Shown here one piece after another: positions 11,023 to 20,311 of a DNA stretch of 64,000 nucleotides; the stretch's first letter is position 1; each line of letters starts with the position of its first letter. The stretch comes from Bacteroidetes bacterium UKL13-3 (lineage in GTDB: Bacteria > Bacteroidota > Bacteroidia > UKL13-3), in NCBI GenBank assembly GCA_001602415.1, contig CP012155.1:2874824-2938823 (forward strand), given 5' to 3'. A model generated the notes under the pieces. The model made no database searches. It had not been told where the DNA came from and saw nothing but the letters and a program-made list of their open reading frames with translations. The translations under genes and the position numbers were made by a program.

Positions 11023-11191
11023 TGTGTAATTTTTTGTTGTTATAAATAGTACCGAATGTTACACTGGTTTCATCGAAGTGTTTTCTAGAGGACTATTGCC
11101 TTCAATAGCTAGATAGCTTCGATCAACTCAGCCTCACATTTTCTTCAAATCACCACTTTCAAATCACAAATCGTAATTCTCAAATCGTAAG

Positions 11192-11758
11192 TTACACATG
11201 CATTACTTCTGCTTCTTTCGTTGCAGTTAAGTCCTCAATTTTTTTGATGTATACATCCGTATTTTTTTGAACCTGTGTTTCTGCTGCTTTAGCTTCATCT
11301 TCAGGCAATCCATCCTTTTGTAAACGTTTAATTGTTTCGTTAACATCTTTACGAATATTGCGCACCGCAACTTTTGCACTTTCGGCTTCAGCCTTTACCT
11401 TCTTCACAATTTCTTTTCTACGATCTTCGGTTAGCATGGGTAATGTAATACGAATGATTGAACCATCATTACTAGGTGTGAAACCTAGGTTAGCAATTAC
11501 AATTCCTTTTTCAATAGCTTGTAATACCGATTTTTCCCACGGTTGTACCGTGATGCTGCGTGCATCAGGAGTAGTAATGTTTCCAACTTGGCTCAACGGA
11601 ACCATTTCGCCATAATATTCTACTTTCACCGAATCCAACATGCTAGGATGTGATTTTCCGGCACGGATTTTTGTAAACTCGTTGGCAGCATGGTCAATGG
11701 CTTTATCCATTGCTACTTTCATATCGTCAAATACTGCTTTTACTCTTGGGTCGCTCAT
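11192..11758 (-). CDS. frr: ribosome recycling factor
   Basis: 188 aa, full-length similarity pattern to Frr (VKVEYYGEMVPLSQVGNITTPDARSITVQPWE). Confidence 0.9.
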   Translation of the reverse strand: MSDPRVKAVFDDMKVAMDKAIDHAANEFTKIRAGKSHPSMLDSVKVEYYGEMVPLSQVGNITTPDARSITVQPWEKSVLQAIEKGIVIANLGFTPSNDGSIIRITLPMLTEDRRKEIVKKVKAEAESAKVAVRNIRKDVNETIKRLQKDGLPEDEAKAAETQVQKNTDVYIKKIEDLTATKEAEVMHV

Positions 11759-11934
11759 AATTGCTTGTCTAATTTATAAGAATTCGAAAATACTATTTTA
11801 AGTTGATTAAGTAATAAAGTTGATTAGGTTGATTAAGTACTTCGCAAATGTGAATAGATATTAACTTATGCCGAAATTATACCCCCTTCAACTACATCAA
11901 TCAATCACACCCGATAGCTATCGGGACAACCGCA

Positions 11935-12642
11935 CTAATGAACCAATGTACCAACGGTTTCTCCGTTACATACGCGCAAGAAGTTTCCTTCTTTGTTCAT
12001 GTCAAATACTACAATTGGTAAGTTATTTTCTTGGCAAAGGGTAATGGCTGTTAAGTCCATAACGTTTAATCCTTTTTCGTATACTTCGCTAAAGGTGATA
12101 TTCTCGTAGCGGGTTGCTGTTTTATCTTTCTCTGGATCGGCTGTGTAAATACCATCCACACGTGTTCCTTTTAAAACCAAATCGGCTTGAATTTCAACTG
12201 CACGAAGTGATGCGGCCGAATCAGTAGTGAAATATGGATTACCTGTTCCGGCTCCAAAAATCACAACACGTCCTTTTTCGAGGTGACGCATGGCCCGTCT
12301 GCGGATAAACGGCTCGCAAATTTGCTCCATCTTTATAGCTGATAGCAAACGTGTTTTGATACCTACACGCTCTAATGCACCTTGCAATGCCATCGAATTG
12401 ATTACTGTTGCCAACATACCCATATAATCGCCCTGAGCCCTATCTACAATACCTCCGGCAACACCCTGTACTCCTCTAAAAATATTACCCCCTCCAATAA
12501 CGATGGCAACTTCAACTCCTTTGTCGGTTACGGTTTTAATATCTTTAGCATATTGATCTAAAATTTTTGCATCAATGCCGTATTGTTGGTCGCCCATCAG
12601 CGATTCTCCGCTCAGTTTAAGCAGTACGCGTTTGTATTTCAT
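11935..12642 (-). CDS. pyrH: UMP kinase
   Basis: [17 protein letters not shown]...[10 protein letters not shown], the amino-acid kinase fold typical of PyrH. Confidence 0.9.
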   Translation of the reverse strand: MKYKRVLLKLSGESLMGDQQYGIDAKILDQYAKDIKTVTDKGVEVAIVIGGGNIFRGVQGVAGGIVDRAQGDYMGMLATVINSMALQGALERVGIKTRLLSAIKMEQICEPFIRRRAMRHLEKGRVVIFGAGTGNPYFTTDSAASLRAVEIQADLVLKGTRVDGIYTADPEKDKTATRYENITFSEVYEKGLNVMDLTAITLCQENNLPIVVFDMNKEGNFLRVCNGETVGTLVH

Positions 12643-12709
12643 GAAATGGAATGGATTAAAATCAGCGCAAATTAGGGGAATTTGGATGGAAAAAAAATTG
12701 AGTGCCTTA

Positions 12710-13294
12710 TTAGGTGAAATATTTTCCTAAGGAATATACACGGATTATGGAAGAGGTCTATTCCTTTATACTTTCTTTCTTTCTTTCCATTTTGAGTCCT
12801 CGTTCAATAAGAAAATCATTAATGTCAATACACCTTACACCGTGTTTTTCGGCAACTTTAGGAATTTTATTATGTTTTGTTTTACTTTCATTTGTAATTA
12901 AAACATGATTATGAATTATGCAATGCCCAATCAAATAGGGATCTGCCTCTTCCTTACCCTCAGCTTGCTTTTTAGCATCAAAAAAGCCAGACTAATATTC
13001 TTCATTAATGATTGGAATTGTAGCATTCATCGTAGCAGAATCAACTTCAATAACTAAGTGCTTTCTCCATTTTTTAACCCACTTCTTCAAGAAGTCTTGC
13101 TTCCCCTCATAACTATTAATTTCATCTTCAACGAAATTAATAGTTTTAAAATGACCTTGTGAAATCAAATCTTCTACCTCTTCCCAAATGGCTTTAAAAA
13201 CCGGATTATCATAATTAAATGTGAAATCCAAAATTATTAGAGCACTTGTGTCAATTACGTATATGCAATTACCTTGGTTAAAATCTAATTGCAT
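12710..13294 (-). pseudogene. DUF4411 (PIN-like) family gene interrupted by an in-frame TAG at 12992-12994
   Basis: N-terminal 100 aa (YVIDTSALI...NATIPIINEEY) ends at TAG. The same frame continues directly as SGFFDAKKQAEGKEEADPYLIGHCIIHNHVLITNESKTKHNKIPKVAEKHGVRCIDINDFLIERGLKM. Both halves match the DUF4411 pattern (N-terminal PIN-like D-T motif, C-terminal ADPFLIA...VVT.E motif). The frame after the stop was checked codon by codon on the sequence. Confidence 0.6.
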
Positions 13295-13297
13295 CTT

Positions 13298-14446
13298 TTA
13301 ACTATTTAATAATTGCCTCGTTTTTGAAATATAAGAGAGCTTTACTCCCAAAAAATCTGAAAGATCTTTTAAATCAATTCTATTCTGATCAAATGCTGAG
13401 AACGCCAATGATATATAAGATCTTCCTTTTTCCTTAATTGTTTCTTTAGCAATATTTCTACCTTCTGGTTTCTTGGCTCTTCCAAATTGAGGTTTATTCC
13501 AAGCTAGATGTCTGTCCTTATAATACGATGCTGTGGTAAGGCCATTTTCAAGTAAACTTCTTAAAACTGCTAATGGTCCTACATGAAAATAATTGCCGAT
13601 CTCAATTAAATCCTTTTTAGCCCAATTCATTTGCCCCTTTGACTTTTGATCGACCACATTACCCATTTCTAAAAGTTCAGTTGACGGAATTAACATTTCT
13701 GAAGCAAAAGCATTACACCACTTTTCAATTTGTTGGCTTGAGTTCTCCGAAAGATCACATAACCCACCATCGTTTAAAAGAATATGCCCTAACTCATGAA
13801 ATAGCGTAAAAATCTTTGCAGTTGTGGGTTCTCCTCCTCTTTTGATACCAATAATTGGAATACTTTCATCCACTAATGCAAATCCTCTCAAGTTGTCCTG
13901 TGTCATCGTCAATTGAAAGACGGCAACACCCAATGACTCGACTTTATCTATATAACCCTCTAAAGCTAAATTAAGGTTTTCAATTTGTCTAACCTCCATG
14001 ATTCCCCACTGATTTCTATATCTGTTTGCTATCGACCTAGGATCATCATTTATTGATGCTTTATATTGAAACTTGTTAATTTGAATTCCGGCATCTTGCT
14101 TTAATTCAATTAGTGAAACGACAAGTGCTCTAGCTTTCCGAATTGCCATAATTGTCTTTTCGTGGAAATTGCCTAATTCATTAGAATTAACCGTTCTTCG
14201 ATCTAGAGGTAATGGCTTCTCTTTAGGAGGCGCATTGAGTAATAAGGTAGCCATCGTCCTTTTGTAAATCTTCGAAAACTCTTTCAACTCTTCTAATGTT
14301 GGCTGCTTATCGCCTTCTTCCAATTGAATTAGCCGTTTTGCCGATATACCTGTTTTGTCTGATACAAAAGCCCGAGACAATACAATGCTCTCCCTCGCCC
14401 AACGAAGAACCTGATGATTGACTAAAATTATAGCATTCTCTGACAT
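13298..14446 (-). CDS. XRE-type HTH fused to ImmA/IrrE family Zn metallopeptidase (COG2856-like)
   Basis: 382 aa. N-terminal HTH (KTGISAKRLIQLEEGDKQPTLEELKEFSKIY). HEXXH motif (FTLFHELGHILLNDGG) in the central region. Lies 3 bp upstream of the DUF4411 gene on the same strand. Confidence 0.75.
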   Translation of the reverse strand: MSENAIILVNHQVLRWARESIVLSRAFVSDKTGISAKRLIQLEEGDKQPTLEELKEFSKIYKRTMATLLLNAPPKEKPLPLDRRTVNSNELGNFHEKTIMAIRKARALVVSLIELKQDAGIQINKFQYKASINDDPRSIANRYRNQWGIMEVRQIENLNLALEGYIDKVESLGVAVFQLTMTQDNLRGFALVDESIPIIGIKRGGEPTTAKIFTLFHELGHILLNDGGLCDLSENSSQQIEKWCNAFASEMLIPSTELLEMGNVVDQKSKGQMNWAKKDLIEIGNYFHVGPLAVLRSLLENGLTTASYYKDRHLAWNKPQFGRAKKPEGRNIAKETIKEKGRSYISLAFSAFDQNRIDLKDLSDFLGVKLSYISKTRQLLNS

Positions 14447-14523
14447 TGAAATATCTTATCTCCTGTAAAAATAATTTATTTTAATTCTGTTACAATATAA
14501 CATTATATAATTCAGTAGAAGCA

Positions 14524-14562
14524 CCAACAAAAACGCCCCGATCCAACAGGAACGAGGCGTTT
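14524..14562 (-). terminator. intrinsic terminator downstream of tsf
   Basis: On the minus transcript: AAACGCCUCG-loop-CGGGGCGUUU stem followed by UUUUGUUGG. It sits 24 nt after the tsf stop and before the ImmA/DUF4411 module. Confidence 0.55.
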
Positions 14563-14585
14563 CATATTCGGTATCTCTATTCAGA

Positions 14586-15419
14586 TTAACCTAAAGCAAC
14601 ACGTTTGAATGCTTTTACAGATAAACCTTTTTCAACACCATCTAACATTTGAGCGATGGTTTTTGAACTATCTTTCACAAATTCCTGATTTAACAAAGTA
14701 GACTCTTTGTAGAATTTACCCAATTTACCTTCAGCAATTTTTTCAATCATGTTTTCAGGCTTTCCTTCGGCACGCACTTGCTCTTTTGCTACTTCAATTT
14801 CGCGGGCAACAACTGATGCATCTACATCGCCTTTATCTAATGCTAATGGATTTAATGCAGCAATTTGCATGGCTACATCTTTACCAGCAACAAAATTAGC
14901 TTCGTTAGCAGCAGAAGTTAATGAAACCAATACACCTAAACGGTTACCCGCGTGGATATAAGGAACCAAGTTATCGCCTTCCAAAATTTCGTAGCGAGTT
15001 ACGTCAACTTTTTCACCAATTTTTCCAACTTGTTCCATTAAACGTTCAGCAAGTGTTACGCTTCCCATTGTTAATGCCTTTAAGGCATCAAGATCAGCCG
15101 GTTTGTTAGCCAAGGCTAAATCAGCAACCTCATTCGCAAATGCAACGAAATCATCGTTTTTAGCAACGAAATCTGTTTCACAAGCCAACAAGATTACTAC
15201 TCCTGTTTTTTTATCAGCAGAAGTTTTAGCAATAACTGCACCTTCTTTAGCGTCACGGTCTGCACGAGCAGCCGAAATTTTTTGTCCTTTTTTACGTAAG
15301 TAATCAACTGCAGCATCAAAATCACCGTTGGTTTCGGTTAATGCTTTTTTGCAATCCATCATACCTGCACCGGTTAATTGGCGCAATTTGTTAACGTCAG
15401 CAGCACTAATAGTACTCAT
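14586..15419 (-). CDS. tsf: translation elongation factor Ts
   Basis: MSTISAADVNKLRQLTGAGMMDCKKALTETNGDFDAAVDYLRKKG is the canonical EF-Ts UBA-like N-terminus. The start is the internal ATG at 15419. Confidence 0.9.
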   Translation of the reverse strand: MSTISAADVNKLRQLTGAGMMDCKKALTETNGDFDAAVDYLRKKGQKISAARADRDAKEGAVIAKTSADKKTGVVILLACETDFVAKNDDFVAFANEVADLALANKPADLDALKALTMGSVTLAERLMEQVGKIGEKVDVTRYEILEGDNLVPYIHAGNRLGVLVSLTSAANEANFVAGKDVAMQIAALNPLALDKGDVDASVVAREIEVAKEQVRAEGKPENMIEKIAEGKLGKFYKESTLLNQEFVKDSSKTIAQMLDGVEKGLSVKAFKRVALG

Positions 15420-15491
15420 AGTATGTTCTTTCTTTAAAGTTTTTGTTAAAAAATAATTCAAAAAAAATCGGCCTAAGCCGATTTTTCAATG

Positions 15492-16238
15492 TTATGCTTC
15501 GGTTGTTTCGGCAGCGGGTGCTGCTTCTTTATCTTCAGCTTCTTTATCTTTTTTGCGTTCAGTTAATCCTTCTGCAATGGCATTGGTCATAACTTTTGCA
15601 ATCAAAGCAATTGATTTTGCTGCATCATCATTTGCAGGAATCGGGAAATCAACAACAGTTGGATCTGAGTTGGTATCAACGATAGCAAAGGTAGGGATGT
15701 TTAATTTTTGTGCTTCAGCAATTGCAATGTGTTCGCGTTTGATATCTACAATAAACAACGCAGCAGGAAGACGGTTCAAATCAGCAATACCACCAAATAA
15801 TCTGGTTAATTTTGCTTTTTCACGCTCCAACATCAAACGCTCTTTTTTGTTGATATTTTGGTAAGTACCATCTACAGCCATTTTATCAATGGTTTGCATT
15901 TTTTTGATAGACTTACGTACAGTAGTAAAGTTGGTTAACATACCACCCAACCAGCGCTCCGTTACAAAAGGCATGTTTACACGTGCAGCTTCTGTTTCGA
16001 TGATTTCTTTCGCTTGTTTTTTGGTAGCTACGAACAATACCTTACGACCCGACTTAACGATGTTTTTCAACGCTTCTGCCGACTCTTCCAACTTTACAGC
16101 TGTTTTATTAAGGTCGATCAAGTGGATTCCGTTTTTCTCCATAAAAATATACGGAGCCATTTTTGGATTCCATTTGCGGGTAAGATGTCCAAAGTGAACA
16201 CCAGCCTCTAACAATTCTTCTTGAGTTATTTTTGACAT
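15492..16238 (-). CDS. rpsB: 30S ribosomal protein S2
   Basis: [32 protein letters not shown]. Confidence 0.95.
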   Translation of the reverse strand: MSKITQEELLEAGVHFGHLTRKWNPKMAPYIFMEKNGIHLIDLNKTAVKLEESAEALKNIVKSGRKVLFVATKKQAKEIIETEAARVNMPFVTERWLGGMLTNFTTVRKSIKKMQTIDKMAVDGTYQNINKKERLMLEREKAKLTRLFGGIADLNRLPAALFIVDIKREHIAIAEAQKLNIPTFAIVDTNSDPTVVDFPIPANDDAAKSIALIAKVMTNAIAEGLTERKKDKEAEDKEAAPAAETTEA

Positions 16239-16265
16239 GATTTTGAATTTCTGTAAAGTAAATGA

Positions 16266-16655
16266 TTAACGTTTTACGAATTGGAAACGTTTACGAGCTT
16301 TCTTCTGACCTGGTTTCTTACGCTCAACCATACGAGGGTCACGCGTCATCATCGATGCAGCTTTAAGTGTTGGTTTAAGTTCTGCGTTGTGCATAACCAA
16401 TGCTCTGGCAATTGCAAGTTTAAGAGCTTCAGCTTGACCCGATACTCCTCCACCATCAATATTTGCTTTCACATCAAACTGACCAAGCATATTGGTTAAT
16501 TCGAACGGACGGTTAATTTCATTTTGTAACATCAATGTTGGGAAATACACTTTCATGTCTTTTCCGTTTACGGTGAAGTTTCCAGATCCTCCTACTGATA
16601 GATATACTCTGGCAACAGATGTTTTTCTTCTTCCTAATGCGTTGATAATTTCCAT
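16266..16655 (-). CDS. rpsI: 30S ribosomal protein S9
   Basis: 129 aa ending KKPGQKKARKRFQFVKR. Confidence 0.95.
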   Translation of the reverse strand: MEIINALGRRKTSVARVYLSVGGSGNFTVNGKDMKVYFPTLMLQNEINRPFELTNMLGQFDVKANIDGGGVSGQAEALKLAIARALVMHNAELKPTLKAASMMTRDPRMVERKKPGQKKARKRFQFVKR

Positions 16656-16659
16656 TTCG

Positions 16660-17103
16660 TTAGAATTTTAATGGTTTAGGTTGTTGTGCTGCATGCGGAT
16701 GCTCTGTTCCTGCGTACACGTAAAGGTTTCTGAAAATTTCAGCTCCCAATTTGTTGTTAGGCAACATACCTTCAATAGCATGCTCAACAGAATAGGTAGG
16801 CTTTTTAGCCATCATATCCTTAGCCGTAACAAAACGTTGTCCACCCGGGTGACCTGAGTAAAATACATACTCTTTGTCAGCCAGTTTGTTTCCTGTGAAA
16901 CGAATCTTCTCAGCATTGATGATGATTACGTTGTCGCCACAGTCCACATTGGGAGTAAAACTCGGCTTGTGTTTACCTCTTAAAATGTTCGCTACCTTAG
17001 AAGCGAAACGGCCTAAGGTTTGACCCTCGGCATCCAATACAAACCACTCTTTATTAACAGTAGCTTTATTGGCAGATTTTGTTTTGTAACTTATATTGTC
17101 CAC
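16660..17103 (-). CDS. rplM: 50S ribosomal protein L13
   Basis: 147 aa, [28 protein letters not shown]. Confidence 0.95.
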   Translation of the reverse strand: MDNISYKTKSANKATVNKEWFVLDAEGQTLGRFASKVANILRGKHKPSFTPNVDCGDNVIIINAEKIRFTGNKLADKEYVFYSGHPGGQRFVTAKDMMAKKPTYSVEHAIEGMLPNNKLGAEIFRNLYVYAGTEHPHAAQQPKPLKF

Positions 17104-17140
17104 GATTGAAATGGTTTAGTCCCTTTATGATAAGGGGTGG

Positions 17141-17176
17141 CAAAAGTAGGGCATGATTTGCTAATTCACAACAAAA
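17141..17176 (-). promoter_or_regulatory. candidate Bacteroidetes sigma-A promoter for the rplM-rpsI-rpsB-tsf operon
   Basis: Minus strand reads TACTTTTG (matching the -7 consensus TAnnTTTG) at 17148-17141. A TTTG sits ~23 nt upstream at 17175-17172. That spacing is slightly longer than typical. Confidence 0.3.
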
Positions 17177-17265
17177 TGTGCGAAAAAAATTGAGCAACTT
17201 GGGGTACTAGTGAGAAAAGCCCGATTTTATTGGGTTTCTTCGGGTTACAAGGCAAAAATAATTTC

Positions 17266-17742
17266 TTAAATTGACGTTTTTAGGAACTTTTTCCAACGGT
17301 AAGTGCCTTTTGTATCATACACATATATTAGATAAGGACCGGGAGCCATGTACGTAATGTCGATTTGCAGATACTCGCGCGGTAGAGCTGTTATTTCGCG
17401 CTGGAACCATAATTTGCCATAAAAATCAACAATAAACAATCTGCTAAAATTGGGTGTTGCCTGAACAAGGGTAAAATAGATATAATAGGGGTCGTAAGTA
17501 GGAATAATATCAAACTCAAAACCTGAGCAGGAGCCATCCGTAATTGTTCTAACACCATTCCTCAAACGTGCATCGCAGTCGTTTCTATATGTATTGTTAT
17601 CACAACCACAAACAGGATAAAACTCATTGTTGGGGCATGGGAAACCAGGACTGATAGACAATGAATCAATACACCCAAAAATTTGCGCATTTATATTTAA
17701 GACCATAAAAAATAATATGAGTAAGGTAAGGGTATATTTCAC
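17266..17742 (-). CDS. secreted Kazal-type protease-inhibitor domain protein with T9SS C-terminal sorting domain
   Basis: Signal peptide. Cys pattern CPNNEFYPVCGCDNNTYRNDCDARLRNG (Kazal-like). C-terminal IDITYMAPGPYLIYVYDTKGTYRWKKFLK resembles a type-A T9SS CTD. Confidence 0.55.
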   Translation of the reverse strand: MKYTLTLLILFFMVLNINAQIFGCIDSLSISPGFPCPNNEFYPVCGCDNNTYRNDCDARLRNGVRTITDGSCSGFEFDIIPTYDPYYIYFTLVQATPNFSRLFIVDFYGKLWFQREITALPREYLQIDITYMAPGPYLIYVYDTKGTYRWKKFLKTSI

Positions 17743-18164
17743 TTTTTAACGAAATTGAGTGGTTTGTACCAAGCGAATTTACCAAACTTATAGTAAGAAA
17801 CCTCTACTAACTTTCCGGTTGTGTCAAATTTTTGCCAATCCCCTTCCCATCTGTAATAAGCTGTATCGAGTGATTCGAAATAATAGGCATATCCTTTCAG
17901 GTGTAAACGCCCTTGATAATCGTAATAAGTGGTTTTGATGCGTTTATCTTTTTTATACCGTTCGTCCAAATACAGCGTACCACGTGAAGTGTAATATTTC
18001 CAATGCCCAACCTGATGGTGATTTTTATAGCGGCCCTTCCACATCAGATGCTTTTTATCATCATCATAATAAATCTTCCTCCTGCCTTGCCTGAATTTAT
18101 GCTCATCAAGCTTGTTTAAGTTACAAGAGCCACAAAAGAATATAAGTAGGAATAATCGAAACAT
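17739..18164 (-). CDS. MORN-repeat variant (YwqK-like) lipoprotein
   Basis: Lipoprotein-type signal (LLIFFCGSC). Repeated G.W..YY..G.L units typical of the MORN variant/YwqK family. 4-bp overlap with the downstream Kazal gene. Confidence 0.5.
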   Translation of the reverse strand: MFRLFLLIFFCGSCNLNKLDEHKFRQGRRKIYYDDDKKHLMWKGRYKNHHQVGHWKYYTSRGTLYLDERYKKDKRIKTTYYDYQGRLHLKGYAYYFESLDTAYYRWEGDWQKFDTTGKLVEVSYYKFGKFAWYKPLNFVKK

Positions 18165-18242
18165 TAATTGTCGAACGTTTTACACGGGAAATTGTTATCG
18201 AGAACCCTCTATTTTACCGCTCAATAACCATTGTTTTACTTT

Positions 18243-19313
18243 TAACCTGAGTTCGGTTTAAGCAGCTAATGTCAATTGTTGTTCAAGTTGCTTGATAAGC
18301 TGAGGGTTTGTTTCCTCAATATCTTTTTTGATGGAAGGTTTTTTAGGAAAGAAAGAATACGCAGCAATTGCACTCATAATATTAAGAAGAAAACCGCTGA
18401 TAGAGCGATGTCTTGTATGTTCAACTTGACAAATGTTTTTTAACTCATCATTTACGGTTTCAATCACGGACCGTTTCCTTAAAAGAAGTTTCTCTTCATT
18501 GCTCAATGCTTTAGATTTCATGTTTCTTCTTACAGCTGTAATGAGTTGTATACCGTTGCCAAAAAGCAGATCACTCAATGCTTTTGAGATATATCCCTTA
18601 TCTCCAAATAGTTTTCCGAAAAGGTCTTTAGTCATATTGGTAATTGTTTTAGCATCTCTATCATCCACATTTCCTTTGGTTAGAAAGAAAGATAATATCT
18701 CACCTTTGTCGTTTATAATCAGGTGAAGTTTAAAGCCAAAGAACCATCCCATTGATGATTTACCAACATCTGCAAAGCCTTTAAATGTTTTATTACGCTT
18801 TATCCTTTTGTTGTGACAAACACGCAGTACAGTATAATCAATAAAGCTAATGCCAGTGCACTCGCCTTTGCAACAATGATGGAGAAACAACATGAATGCA
18901 ATAGCACAACGATGACTCAATTCAACAAACCTGTTATAGGAAACCAATCCGGGAAAATCTTCTCTTAAATGAACAGACACATAGTCCACATAAAAATGCT
19001 TGAAATTCCTGAATTGACCACCATGAAACGCAATCAGGAGTGTGATAATTTCAGAGTCACACATTCCGGCTTTTCTATTTCTTGTTTTAACGTTTGATGG
19101 TGCGGGTAATTGGTGTTTTGAATACAAAATTTCAAATTCATTGCAGAAATCATCAACTTTTACAAAAGTTTCTGTAATTTTATCTTGTAGCATTGGTGTG
19201 TTTTTTATGTTTTTTTGGACTACAAAATTAACACTTCCAATGCTACTAATTATTTGATTACCAAATAATTATAAACAAAATAATCAACACTTTCTTATCC
19301 CGAACTCAGGTTA
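18243..19313 (-). mobile_element. IS982-family insertion sequence (~1.07 kb) with 13-14 bp terminal inverted repeats
   Basis: Terminal IRs AACCTGAGTTCGG (18244-18256) and CCGAACTCAGGTT (19300-19312) flank a single transposase ORF. The size is typical of IS982. Confidence 0.7.
18258..19193 (-). CDS. IS982 family DDE transposase
   Basis: 311 aa. N-terminus ...KVDDFCNEF... and C-terminal DKGYIS...LITAVRRNMK pattern characteristic of IS982 transposases. Confidence 0.85.
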   Translation of the reverse strand: MLQDKITETFVKVDDFCNEFEILYSKHQLPAPSNVKTRNRKAGMCDSEIITLLIAFHGGQFRNFKHFYVDYVSVHLREDFPGLVSYNRFVELSHRCAIAFMLFLHHCCKGECTGISFIDYTVLRVCHNKRIKRNKTFKGFADVGKSSMGWFFGFKLHLIINDKGEILSFFLTKGNVDDRDAKTITNMTKDLFGKLFGDKGYISKALSDLLFGNGIQLITAVRRNMKSKALSNEEKLLLRKRSVIETVNDELKNICQVEHTRHRSISGFLLNIMSAIAAYSFFPKKPSIKKDIEETNPQLIKQLEQQLTLAA

Positions 19314-19605
19314 CTATTATTTTCAAGTAATTGCGTTGGAAGGAAATACGCCCTATGTTTTGCTGGTATGCACAAGAATGACCGAGCACAACACAAAAGA
19401 AATAAGGAAGAGAAGCCCTAATCAGAGTTTGAGGATTTAAAAGAGAAAACCCTTTCGACAGATCCGGTAGAATTTTTATCCTTGAGGTAAGATGGACAAG
19501 TCACGCACGACACGTGTGCCAAAAAGGAACATTACCGGCTGAGTTCAGCATCTGAGGAAAGACCTCTTAAAGTTTTACCCTTGAGATAAACGGTGGGAAT
19601 GCTAA

Positions 19606-19633
19606 TTCGCACTAACGTGACGTTAGCGCGAAC
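19606..19633. repeat. palindromic repeat TTCGCACTAACG(T/A)GACGTTAGCGCGAAC, copy 1 of 2
   Basis: A near-identical 28-mer recurs at 39482-39509 with 1 mismatch. It forms an imperfect hairpin (CACTAACG/CGTTAG-G). Confidence 0.7.
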
Positions 19634-19686
19634 AGAGCTAAATTTAATCTATTCTCGATGCACCCATCATCCGCTACTCGAACCGA

Positions 19687-20244
19687 CTATAATTGTCCTT
19701 CCAGCATCATCAGCTTTAGTTTAAGTACCGCTGCCACGGTTAAACTATCGGTTACAAAGCCTTCTTTCACCAAGCGATATAACTCCTCAAACGGAACCTT
19801 ACGGATGCGGAGTTGTTCGTTTTCTTCAGGCTGCGCTTGCGTATAGGTAAGTTTCCTTGCCACAAATAAATGCGCCACTTCATCGGTTGCTGAATTGCTG
19901 AGTTGCAGCTGTTGAATAGGAATATATTCTTCGGCAATAATTCCGCACTCTTCCAATAATTCTCTTTTAGCGGATTCAACAGGATCAACATCCAAATCGC
20001 CTCCACCTTCGGGAATTTCCCATGTATACGTGTGAAGAGGGTAACGGTACTGTCCAACAATCCATGTGTTGTTATCTTCATCCAATGGCACAATGCCAAT
20101 GGCTAATTTTTTAAACCTCACTACAGAATAGGTTCCGGGATTTCCGGCAGGATTCAACACTTCATGATGCTCTACACCAATCCATGGCGATTCATAAACT
20201 TGGTTACGGTTTAAGGTTGTCCAGGGATTTTGTTCTTCTTTCAT
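19687..20244 (-). CDS. NUDIX hydrolase
   Basis: Nudix box GGGDLDVDPVESAKRELLEECGI. Confidence 0.8.
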   Translation of the reverse strand: MKEEQNPWTTLNRNQVYESPWIGVEHHEVLNPAGNPGTYSVVRFKKLAIGIVPLDEDNNTWIVGQYRYPLHTYTWEIPEGGGDLDVDPVESAKRELLEECGIIAEEYIPIQQLQLSNSATDEVAHLFVARKLTYTQAQPEENEQLRIRKVPFEELYRLVKEGFVTDSLTVAAVLKLKLMMLEGQL

Positions 20245-20311
20245 TTAACAGTTTTGTAATCTTCGGTAATTGTAATATGCAAATGAGAGACTTGTTTGTG
20301 TAAAGAGATTG

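Noticed and set aside
12760-12790. TTTC/CTTT microsatellite-like run (tttctttctttctttcc)
   Set aside because: Short (about 5 units) and lies inside the tail of the disrupted DUF4411 reading frame. Noted only as a possible slippage site affecting where that frame ends.
12714-12908. 64-aa plus-strand ORF upstream of pyrH
   Set aside because: It lies antisense to the region that encodes the conserved C-terminal half of the DUF4411 gene on the minus strand. It is hydrophobic low-complexity with no support.
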